The translations under genes and the position numbers were made by a program. A model generated the notes under the pieces. It was given only the letters and a program-made list of their open reading frames with translations, ran no database searches and was not told the DNA's origin. 64,000 nt of DNA, taken from contig CAJXEC010000002.1 in NCBI GenBank assembly GCA_913052165.1, positions 133 through 64,132 on the forward strand, given 5' to 3'. Origin of the DNA: an uncultured Rhodospirillaceae bacterium. GTDB taxonomy: Bacteria > Pseudomonadota > Alphaproteobacteria > MPNO01 > UBA2964. This document shows, piece by piece, positions 12,689 through 20,872 of the stretch; within the stretch, counting starts at the first letter, position 1, and each line of letters starts with the position of its first letter.

Positions 12689-13936
12689 CTAAATCTCCAT
12701 GCACTCTCTCCAGCCCTTCCAAAACCCTCTGACAGCGGCTTCAGTAACGCGTGATCCCTGACTGGGTTCAATCGCGCGTCCACCCATCGGCATCACTGTT
12801 AGGGCTTCGCGATCCGATTTGGCAGCGCGCTGGACCCATGCTCCAACTGCGCCATCCTCCATAGAGATGAACCCTGCTGGTCCCACTAAATTATTTGTGG
12901 AGACTCGGTGTTGAATCATTTCTTCATCATCATCTTCGAAGCCGAGTATCGTCCATATTAACTCCGACTCGTTCACTCCCTTGGGTATTAGCTGGCGCAC
13001 AGCCAGACAATTTAAAATTTGCTGGATAACAAGGGTTGGAAAAATAGTTTGAATATTATTGGTAACATTATCGCCTAGCTCTAATTTGTGTTCCATTAGT
13101 GTGGGATCTTCAAGGCTGTATGCATCTTGCTTAGACCTAACATTCTCTTTGACTATTTCATCATCCGAAATGTCGGTTCGTTCGGTGTAACTGAGATGGT
13201 GCCAACCCGAGTCACTAATTTTTATTCCACCTCCCATATTGGGTCTCACGACACCAAATGTATTGTGAAAAACATGAAGCAGACTGGCATGATAGGAGTC
13301 CTTGTTGTTCTCAACATATAGCTTCCAGTTATTTTTAAAAATCTGGGAGTAGTAGCCCAATACCTTCAGAGGTTTGATGAGGACTCGATCTACTGCTGAT
13401 ACTAATTCATCTCCCAAGTAATCAGCTACTGGTTCTGTCTTTTCCGAGAAGGTTCCAAACACCAGGCCCCGAAAAACCTCTACCCTTAGTCGCTGGAGCC
13501 CGTGTTCCGAATTTTTAAATTCATCTGTAAGGCCACCCTTGCCGCCTACCCCTCGCCGAAACGCGACAGCGGTGAGATTCCCCCTGAGGTCGTATACCCA
13601 ATTATGGTAAACACAAGCTAATTCTTTCACATTGCCTCGCGGCTTGTAACAAACCAAAGACCCTTTATGCGCACAACGATTTACCATCGCATTAATGTTA
13701 CCGGCCTCATCGCGTACGGCGATGATGGGCGTGTCACCGGCATAGGTTGTCTTATAATCACCCGGTTCCGGAATTTCACATTCTAGACAGAGAAAATTCC
13801 ATACATTCCCCTGAAAAACTTTTTTCTGCTCAACGCGATAAAGTTCCTCGTCCGTATACACCTGAAAGGGCACGCGGGATGTGTCTTCGTATGGCCAGAC
13901 AAAATCCGGATCATTGCCTCTATCTATCGTGTCCAT
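12689..13936 (-). CDS. Rieske non-heme-iron oxygenase, alpha (large) subunit
   Basis: Rieske motif CAHKG...CVYHNW and mononuclear iron motif DSYHASLLH. 415 aa. Confidence 0.88.
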   Translation of the reverse strand: MDTIDRGNDPDFVWPYEDTSRVPFQVYTDEELYRVEQKKVFQGNVWNFLCLECEIPEPGDYKTTYAGDTPIIAVRDEAGNINAMVNRCAHKGSLVCYKPRGNVKELACVYHNWVYDLRGNLTAVAFRRGVGGKGGLTDEFKNSEHGLQRLRVEVFRGLVFGTFSEKTEPVADYLGDELVSAVDRVLIKPLKVLGYYSQIFKNNWKLYVENNKDSYHASLLHVFHNTFGVVRPNMGGGIKISDSGWHHLSYTERTDISDDEIVKENVRSKQDAYSLEDPTLMEHKLELGDNVTNNIQTIFPTLVIQQILNCLAVRQLIPKGVNESELIWTILGFEDDDEEMIQHRVSTNNLVGPAGFISMEDGAVGAWVQRAAKSDREALTVMPMGGRAIEPSQGSRVTEAAVRGFWKGWRECMEI

Positions 13937-14053
13937 CTCAATAAGTCCTTAACCCAGTAAATCTGTTGGGCACTCTATCAAAACAGGAATTTGCTGCAAT
14001 AGATAGCTTCGCGTCTTCTTGCAAAGGGCGGCCCAAAGTGAAATTGTTGTTCA

Positions 14054-16384
14054 ATGTCTAACTCGTGCCAGAAAATAACTAATACATTTGTTGGTCAGCC
14101 AGTTCCCCGTATCGAAGATTTGAGGTTACTTCCTGGACGTGGCCAATTTGTTGACGATATGTCTCGGGAAAATTTGTTATGTGCCGTAATGTTTCGTAGC
14201 CCGATTGGCCACGGTCGAATACTCTCCATTGATACCTCTGCCGCGGCAGCTTTGCCCGGAGTTTATTCTATAATTACTGAGGCAGATTTGCCGGCTCAGA
14301 TGCCACTCGTGCCGCTCAGGTTGATGCCTATGGAAGACCTCTTACCTCTCGGTCAGCCAGCCCTGGCAAGAGATAAAGTTCGGTATGTAGGGGAAGTAAT
14401 TGCGATAATTCTAGCAAAAAGTATTGCGATCGGGGAAGACGCTAGGAGTCTAATCGAAATTGATATCGAGCCTTTGCCGGCTATCTCGAACACCGCGGAT
14501 GCGCGGGATAATAGATCTTTGCTGTTTGAAGGATGGGGGAGTAACGAGGCCGTCGTTTATTCCGCCCAAAAAGGCGATGCCCGGGCTGCTTTTGAGAATG
14601 CTGACTATATCCGACGAGAGAAATTTTCAACCCAAAGGCACCTGGCCTTGCCTATGGAGGCCCGTGGAGTGCTGGCCGAATGGAATGATACGCGAAGCAC
14701 TCTTAAAGTGGATGGTGCCGCTAAAGTACCTTTTCCTAACAGACGCATACTGGCGGATATGTTGGATATAGAGGAACGCGCCATTCAAATGATAGAAGCA
14801 GACGTGGGCGGTGGATTTGGAGCCAGGGGTGAATTCTTTCCAGAAGACTTTTTAGTTCCCTTTGCCGCGCGTCAAACTGGACGGCCGGTTAAATGGATCG
14901 AGGATCGGCGGGAAAACCTTCAGACCACTGGGCATGCTCGCGAAATGGATTGTGAAATAGAAATCGCCTGCCGGTCTGACGGCGCTGTTATTGGCTTACG
15001 TGGCGAGGTGTGGGTTGATGCAGGTTCGTATTTTCGTACTAACGGGCCCATAAGTCCTAGAAACGTGGCTCAGTTTATGTCGGGTCCCTACCGCGTGGCT
15101 AATATCGAAATTAATTCACACACGATGCTAACCAACAAGGCTCCGATTGGCACCTATCGTGGTCCAGGCAGATTTGAAACGATTTTTTTCTGCGAGCGTT
15201 TATTTGATCTGGCGGCGAAAGATCTTGGTATTGATCCCGCAGAATTTCGGAGACGCAATTTGGTCCGAGAAGACGAAATGCCCTATCAAATCGCTACAAT
15301 AACCCCTGTTTCAGTCACCGATGAGCTGGATAGCGGTAATTACGAAAAGATCCTAGACCGGTGTATTGATGAGATAGGTTGGGCCGATAAGCGACCACTT
15401 TGTGGAAATTTGATTGAGGGGGTCTACCATGGCTTGGCAGTCTCTTGTTTCATTGAGGGTGGTGGGGCTGGACCCCGTGAGAATGCAAGCGCGGCTATTC
15501 GGTCGGACGGCTCGGTTTGCGTTAATGTGGGCTCTACCTCGGTGGGACAAGGCGTTGAGACCATTCTCACTCAGATTGCTGCTGATGCGATGGAGGTACC
15601 CCTTGATAAGATCACTCTAGCCCATGGCTCAACGGATCTAATAAGCGAAGGCTTTGGATCATATCATTCGAGATCAACGGTGATGGGTGGTTCTGCAATA
15701 ATTTTGGCAATAACTAAATTACGTGAACAGATAAAGGAAGTTGCTGCTGTCCGTTTTGGTTGCCGGTCTGATCAGGTCAATCTAGTGAGTCAAATGGCGC
15801 TGGGACCCGATCAAAAGAGCGCTACTTTTTCGGAGTTAGCCGACGGTATCGAAAAGGTGGAGGAGACTTTTTATAATCATAAGCATACTTACGCCAATGG
15901 ATCTGCGGCGGCTCATGTCACTGTTGATCCTGAAACCGGAGAGGTAAAAATAGTTGATCTCGTTTTTTTTGAAGATGTTGGGAAGATTATCAACCCAATA
16001 ACTTTGAAGGGGCAGGCCATCGGGGCGATGATGCAAGGGCTAGGAGGAACCTTTCTCGAGCATGTGATGTATGACCAAGAGGGTCAGCTAATATCCGGAA
16101 CATTGGCTGATTATTTGGTTCCATCCTCCTCAAGCTTTGAAAATTTGCAAGCCTATTTGTTAGAAGAGCACCCGTCCCCGATCAGTCTTCTGGGCGCAAA
16201 GGGAGCAGGAGAGGGCGGCTTATTGCCAATAGGTGGTTTAATGGCGAATGCAGTGTCAAGTGCATTATCCTCACTTGGGATCGAAATTAGAAAGCTACCA
16301 CTAACGCCAGACTATATATGGAGCCTAATAAATGATGCGGTAAGGCCAGTCCAGACCTCTAAAACCGATCATTTAGATGTCTGA
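14054..16384 (+). CDS. xanthine dehydrogenase-family molybdopterin-binding large subunit (CoxL-like, not form I)
   Basis: 776 aa. N-terminus GQPVPRIEDLRLLPGRGQFVDD, GGGFG motif, active-site loop TYRGPGRFE, C-terminal GAKGAGEGG. No FeS or FAD subunit genes are adjacent. Confidence 0.88.
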   Translation: MSNSCQKITNTFVGQPVPRIEDLRLLPGRGQFVDDMSRENLLCAVMFRSPIGHGRILSIDTSAAAALPGVYSIITEADLPAQMPLVPLRLMPMEDLLPLGQPALARDKVRYVGEVIAIILAKSIAIGEDARSLIEIDIEPLPAISNTADARDNRSLLFEGWGSNEAVVYSAQKGDARAAFENADYIRREKFSTQRHLALPMEARGVLAEWNDTRSTLKVDGAAKVPFPNRRILADMLDIEERAIQMIEADVGGGFGARGEFFPEDFLVPFAARQTGRPVKWIEDRRENLQTTGHAREMDCEIEIACRSDGAVIGLRGEVWVDAGSYFRTNGPISPRNVAQFMSGPYRVANIEINSHTMLTNKAPIGTYRGPGRFETIFFCERLFDLAAKDLGIDPAEFRRRNLVREDEMPYQIATITPVSVTDELDSGNYEKILDRCIDEIGWADKRPLCGNLIEGVYHGLAVSCFIEGGGAGPRENASAAIRSDGSVCVNVGSTSVGQGVETILTQIAADAMEVPLDKITLAHGSTDLISEGFGSYHSRSTVMGGSAIILAITKLREQIKEVAAVRFGCRSDQVNLVSQMALGPDQKSATFSELADGIEKVEETFYNHKHTYANGSAAAHVTVDPETGEVKIVDLVFFEDVGKIINPITLKGQAIGAMMQGLGGTFLEHVMYDQEGQLISGTLADYLVPSSSSFENLQAYLLEEHPSPISLLGAKGAGEGGLLPIGGLMANAVSSALSSLGIEIRKLPLTPDYIWSLINDAVRPVQTSKTDHLDV

Positions 16385-17705
16385 GAAGGATACAATTCAT
16401 TTAGCAGCAGATCTGTCTTTTCTGCACACCGATTTTCTTTGGCGTATGCCAGGGTCTTGGGCAGGTTACCCATATTATAGCAGTTCCGAATTTTATGAAG
16501 AAATAGCAAAAACTGCAGAGCGGGGTAGGATGGACCTACTTTTTTTTGGTGATACCGGCGGCACCTCGGAAGATTTTGGGGGATCCCATGATGCAGTGGT
16601 GACCAATGGAGTAAAATGGCCACGTCACGATATGACCCCTATGATCCCGATCTTAGCCCGCATGACAAAACATATTGGTTATGCGTTAACTATGTCTACG
16701 ACTTATCATCATCCGTTTCATTGTGCCCGGGTATTTAACGCACTTGACCATGTTACAAAAGGGCGGATTGCATGGAATGCGGTGACATCGGCCTATAAGT
16801 GGGAGGCAATGAATTGGGGCTTTGATGTGATGATGGAGCATGGCGAACGCTATAGAAGAGCCCAGGAGTTTTTGGAAGTTGCTGGCCGACTATGGGACAG
16901 TGTTGAGCCTGATGCGGTTGTGTTAGACAGGGAAGAGGGCTTATTTCTGGATCCAAAGAAAGTTCACCGCCTAGATTTTAAAGGCGAATATTTTAAAATT
17001 CGGGGTCCATTGCCCGCGTTGCCATCGCCTCAACAAAAACCGTTGATTATCCAAGCTGGGCAGTCTGGCCCGGGTATGGATCTCGCTGCAAGATTTGCAG
17101 ACCTGCAATTTAGTACAAGACGGACAATTGATAGCATGAAGGAGCATCGAACCGAGATCGATAAAAGATTGCTGAAATTCTCGAGAAAACCCAGGGATCT
17201 TGGAATCCTGTGGTCGGTTAGGGTGCAGGTGGCGGAGTCACAATCTGAGGCAAGAGCTAAGGAAAAAGCTTTTCTTGACGCGATACCCCCTGAAGGAGGC
17301 CTTATCGAAATGTCCCAATGGTTTGGCGTCGATTTTTCTTTGGCAGATCCGGAAATGACCCTGGCTGATTTTATTGATCAGGTCTGCGAGACAAATGGCA
17401 ATCTCGGAACTTTTGAGGAGATACTTCGGACGACAAGCCCTAATACGACGGTCAAAGAGCTTGGCCGGGATTACCTAACTAAGCGAATAATGGCGGTTGA
17501 GGGGACACCTAAGGCGATTGTGGATAAATTAGAACGGGTGCATTTCGAGACTGGGGCAAATGGAGGATTTATCCTTGGTCGGGGCTATCACGCAATGAAT
17601 AACATTAGGGACTTTGTGGATCTTGTTGTACCAGAATTGCAGAGGAGGGGTCTCTCTAAAAAGGAATATTCTTCCGGCACACTCAAGGATAATTTCAACG
17701 ACTAG
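16377..17705 (+). CDS. LLM-class flavin-dependent monooxygenase, NtaA/SnaA/DszA subfamily
   Basis: 442 aa, paralogous to 9498..10826 (shared HxxxxFxxLDHxxxGRxxWNxVTS pattern). Its start overlaps the preceding Mo-subunit stop by 8 nt. Confidence 0.85.
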   Translation: MSEKDTIHLAADLSFLHTDFLWRMPGSWAGYPYYSSSEFYEEIAKTAERGRMDLLFFGDTGGTSEDFGGSHDAVVTNGVKWPRHDMTPMIPILARMTKHIGYALTMSTTYHHPFHCARVFNALDHVTKGRIAWNAVTSAYKWEAMNWGFDVMMEHGERYRRAQEFLEVAGRLWDSVEPDAVVLDREEGLFLDPKKVHRLDFKGEYFKIRGPLPALPSPQQKPLIIQAGQSGPGMDLAARFADLQFSTRRTIDSMKEHRTEIDKRLLKFSRKPRDLGILWSVRVQVAESQSEARAKEKAFLDAIPPEGGLIEMSQWFGVDFSLADPEMTLADFIDQVCETNGNLGTFEEILRTTSPNTTVKELGRDYLTKRIMAVEGTPKAIVDKLERVHFETGANGGFILGRGYHAMNNIRDFVDLVVPELQRRGLSKKEYSSGTLKDNFND

Positions 17706-17714
17706 TGAATTGAG

Positions 17715-18545
17715 CTAAGAGACTTTCCATTCTGCCCAACCGCATCCAACATAGACTTCTGATATCGGAGCGTAATCAATCAATTTGAACCCCTCACCAT
17801 TCATTGCCGCATGGGCAATTATCCAACTCCGGATTTCTTCGCTCCCATTCCCCACAGTTGGAAGGTTTTTTACAAGCTTTTCAATAATTTCGGTTTCATT
17901 TGCTTTTGAGAATAATGCAATACAATCTTGATCAAATCGTTCGTCAATTTTGCCCATATTAGGTTCGCCGATAGAGTGACTGAGGCCACCAGATCCGATC
18001 ACTGCAACTTTGAGATCCTCCGGGTAATTTACTATAGCTGATCGGATCATTCGACCCCAATCGAAGCAGCGTTTTATGCTAGGCATGGGTTGCTCAAGCT
18101 CGTTTACAAAAATCGGAATAACTGTAGGTAGTGGGTCAAGCCCCAGCTTCCATAGTGGGATACAGAATCCGTGGTCGAGATTTACATTGTAAGATAGGGA
18201 TGGATCAAATCCGCTTTCGAATGCCGTGTCTGCCAGGTGGCGAGAGAATTCAGGGTGCCCTTCTATTTTTTCATATTGGAACTTCGGAGATAAAAATGGC
18301 TCCGGAGGTCCTCCGTGTTCGGGTCCGAGGCCAATACAAAAAGCCGGTAGGTTGTCCAAAAAGAAATTTACCCAATGGTCGGGGGCCAGCATAATAATAA
18401 GATCAGGACAAAGTTTTTTTATCCGGGACCTCATCTCACTAAAACCGGAACTAATCTTTTGTTTAGCCTCTGTTGGGAGTATATCCCAGTCGCGAGCAAT
18501 GAGTGGGGCGTGGCTTGAGGCGAAGGCACCAACTAACTGAGCCAT
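17715..18545 (-). CDS. class III extradiol ring-cleavage dioxygenase, LigB-family catalytic subunit
   Basis: 276 aa. N-terminus MAQLVGAFASSHAP, then PDHWVNFF and GSGGLSH motifs typical of LigB/protocatechuate 4,5-dioxygenase beta-like proteins. Confidence 0.8.
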   Translation of the reverse strand: MAQLVGAFASSHAPLIARDWDILPTEAKQKISSGFSEMRSRIKKLCPDLIIMLAPDHWVNFFLDNLPAFCIGLGPEHGGPPEPFLSPKFQYEKIEGHPEFSRHLADTAFESGFDPSLSYNVNLDHGFCIPLWKLGLDPLPTVIPIFVNELEQPMPSIKRCFDWGRMIRSAIVNYPEDLKVAVIGSGGLSHSIGEPNMGKIDERFDQDCIALFSKANETEIIEKLVKNLPTVGNGSEEIRSWIIAHAAMNGEGFKLIDYAPISEVYVGCGWAEWKVS

Positions 18546-18546
18546 A

Positions 18547-18810
18547 TCAATGTCGCTCCGAAGTGTTAATTTTTCTTAGACGCTCTATAAATTCTTTATC
18601 TCCCATTCCACAAATCCCGCAATAAAACCGAAGTAGGTAGGCATTTACGTGCGGTGCGATTGCCGCAAGGTTATCATCCCTTACTGCCTGCTTCATTTCT
18701 TCGCTAATGGGATACTGCTCTAAAAACGGTTCTCTATCAGCGCGCCAACTGCTCACATCACCAGATTTCTGGAGGTCAAACATCATTTTACTAAGCCAAT
18801 AGTCTGTCAT
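18547..18810 (-). CDS. LigA-like small subunit of the extradiol dioxygenase
   Basis: 87 aa with the LigA-domain pattern (W/FRADREPFLEQYPISEEMKQAVRDDN..NAYLL). One-nt gap to the LigB-like gene. Confidence 0.68.
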   Translation of the reverse strand: MTDYWLSKMMFDLQKSGDVSSWRADREPFLEQYPISEEMKQAVRDDNLAAIAPHVNAYLLRFYCGICGMGDKEFIERLRKINTSERH

Positions 18811-18824
18811 AATCGCTCTTGATA

Positions 18825-19271
18825 TCAGGTCAAATCCTCGAGCACTTCTGCTGGATGAATAGCTGCTTCTGGGTTTTCATATATTTTTAAGATTTTCATA
18901 TCGGGTCCGAGCAAATAGGACATACGTTTGGGGCGCTCTTGGTCCCGAGTTTCGACAGCCCCATAAGAAATCGCTACACTTTTCGATTGATCCGATAACA
19001 AGTCTCCAGTCAAGGCATTATCTTCTGACCATCGCTTCAGCTCCTCGGGCAGACTAAATGTAATTCCAATAGGAATCGCATTCTGTTCTAAAAGTCCCTG
19101 GGTTCTATCACGGAACCCCTTTGCTTCGTTTGTTCACCCGCCGCCATATGCCCTTGGGAAAAACCAAACCAGTACATTTTGCCCCGCACAGTCGGAAAGC
19201 TTGATTAAATCACCATTTTGATTGGGTAATTCAAAGTCTGGAGCTAATTCGCCGATTTTTAGATTGGCCAT
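18825..19271 (-). CDS. BCP/PrxQ-type peroxiredoxin with in-frame TGA (candidate selenocysteine) at the peroxidatic position
   Basis: Reading from ATG 19271 (GAGG RBS about 12 nt upstream) gives one frame of 148 codons to TGA 18825. It has a single internal TGA at 19134..19136: MANLKIGELAPDFELPNQNGDLIKLSDCAGQNVLVWFFPRAYGGG-U-TNEAKGFRD...LLSDQSKSVAISYGA...HPAEVLEDL. The protein is colinear with full-length BCP. The TGA replaces the Cys of the F-x-P-x-x-x-x-x-G-C-T-x-E-A-x-x-F-R-D motif. The ORF track reports only the 62-aa tail. Confidence 0.7.
19091..19122 (-). promoter_or_regulatory. candidate bacterial SECIS stem-loop 3' of the UGA
   Basis: In mRNA sense: AAAG GGGUUC CGUGAUA GAACCC AGGGA CUUU. 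It has a perfect 6-bp upper stem (19113..19118 with 19100..19105) and a 7-nt loop containing GU. A 4-bp lower stem closes across a 5-nt bulge. The upper stem starts 15 nt after the UGA. Confidence 0.5.
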
Positions 19272-19296
19272 TGGATTGCCCTACCTCTACAAAAAC

Positions 19297-19329
19297 AGAT
19301 AGGTATATTATACCCAAATATAGCTATCT
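19297..19329 (-). promoter_or_regulatory. candidate promoter -10 box overlapped by an 11-bp inverted repeat (possible operator)
   Basis: The minus strand has TATAAT at 19307..19312, about 36 nt upstream of the ATG. AGATAGGTATA (19297..19307) and TATAGCTATCT (19319..19329) form an inverted repeat matching at 10 of 11 positions. No convincing -35 box. Confidence 0.3.
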
Positions 19330-19354
19330 AGTGATATATCCAATTTATCCGTTC

Positions 19355-20716
19355 TTAAATATTTAGCATCGATACAAGAGGGCGGACATCGGGTGCGCTT
19401 TTAAGCCCTGCCCATGCATGGGTTATTTCTTGCGCTCGATTTGAACCAATGATTGGCTCAGCCTGTTTGGAAAATTTTGTCGCAATCTCTTCGCTCGTCA
19501 TAGGATTTTTAGGGTGCCCAGGCGGGTTTCGACTCTTTGCTTCCAGAATGGTTCCGTTTTTCATCCTGGTTACGACCCTCACAGCTAGGTTCTCGCGCGT
19601 CATTGCCTCTATATCTTCGTCTATCGTAACAACAATCTTGTTCATCAGCGGGCGCAATGTTGGGTCCAGAACTTTTGCCTCAGAAAATGAAGCAATGGAC
19701 GGAGGACCGTCGGCGAATGTCCGGGCGAAAATATATGGCATCGAATGATCCGCTGTTTCTCGAGTTTGAGGATCCCACTTTTCAGGTCCACCCGCGATTT
19801 CATGTTTTCCTTGTGAGTCACAGAAAATTTCAATGACCTCTATCTCCTCAATAGACGAAAAACCCAATTTTTCCCTTAGCTCAAGAGCCGCCCAAACGAC
19901 TGGCTGACCGCTTGCTTCTAATGGCCAATATTTTATCTGCACCTCCTCAAACCGCATTTTTCCTCCCTGATGAGGAAGGGGATCTATTATGAATGGTCCT
20001 GTAATATTGTCGAACAAACCGGCCCGACCTTCAAAAATGCTATCAGGCCCAGGCATACCCTCCGCGGCTAACATGGCGGCAAAAGTTGCATTGCGGGCCG
20101 CGAACGGTGTCGCCACATTTTTCCATGCAGTTAGAGCTCCAGAACGAGATACTCGAAGCGGAACAGTGGCGCTTCCTGTTATACTGATGGCGTTTGCCGT
20201 TTGTTCAAATGACAGTCCCAAAAGGCGCGAAAGTCCTGCAACTGCAGAAATCCCAACAGCGAATCCCTGATCCCAACCTCGCTCCCGAAGCTTGGAGGCT
20301 TCGGTAATACGAATAAAAGTCTCATAGGTAATAAGGGCCGAAAGAATCAACTCTCGACCGGTAATTTTTGTCGATCCAGCGAGCGCTAAATGGGCTCCGA
20401 GCCCATCTGATGGATGTCCACCGGGAAATCGATCATTGAAATCGTAATTGCGGATCATACAGCTATTAATAAAACCGGCCATATCGAGCGGCATCGTTTG
20501 TGCATTGAATAAAGTTTTGCCGGCGAATTTGCCGGGGGTTTGTCCAAAGGAAATTTCTTTACCGATATTTGCTGGCAGAGTGTTTTTTGCCGCTAAAGCG
20601 CATCCAATAGAATCGATAATGTGTTGTGCCAACAAGTCCGGAATGTGTTCAACAATTTCGTCATATTTCCAATCACATGAAAAACGGGCTATTTCCTGGG
20701 TTAAGTTATCCACCAA
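19355..20716 (-). CDS. MmgE/PrpD-family protein (2-methylcitrate dehydratase-like fold)
   Basis: 453 aa. Family-typical N-terminal region (FSCDWKYDEIVEHIPDLLAQHIIDSIGCALAA) and C-terminal ADHSMPY motif. Confidence 0.85.
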   Translation of the reverse strand: MVDNLTQEIARFSCDWKYDEIVEHIPDLLAQHIIDSIGCALAAKNTLPANIGKEISFGQTPGKFAGKTLFNAQTMPLDMAGFINSCMIRNYDFNDRFPGGHPSDGLGAHLALAGSTKITGRELILSALITYETFIRITEASKLRERGWDQGFAVGISAVAGLSRLLGLSFEQTANAISITGSATVPLRVSRSGALTAWKNVATPFAARNATFAAMLAAEGMPGPDSIFEGRAGLFDNITGPFIIDPLPHQGGKMRFEEVQIKYWPLEASGQPVVWAALELREKLGFSSIEEIEVIEIFCDSQGKHEIAGGPEKWDPQTRETADHSMPYIFARTFADGPPSIASFSEAKVLDPTLRPLMNKIVVTIDEDIEAMTRENLAVRVVTRMKNGTILEAKSRNPPGHPKNPMTSEEIATKFSKQAEPIIGSNRAQEITHAWAGLKSAPDVRPLVSMLNI

Positions 20717-20872
20717 ATACCCCTCAATCCATGATTCTTAGTTGATCAGAAAATGCACGTTTCGGAGAATCAATCATTTGAAGCCGAATGAGTGAAGTAG
20801 TCTCTTAGAAATTAATAAAGCTGGGTCGCCTACTTTTATTGGAATTTTTACCTCTGAAAGCCGCAAAAAACA

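Noticed and set aside
14054-16384. The two CoxL-like large subunits (also 35326..37659) as aerobic CO dehydrogenases
   Set aside because: Neither has the form I active-site motif AYRCSFR with the Cu-binding Cys. No coxM or coxS genes are adjacent. Calling them CO dehydrogenases would be over-annotation.
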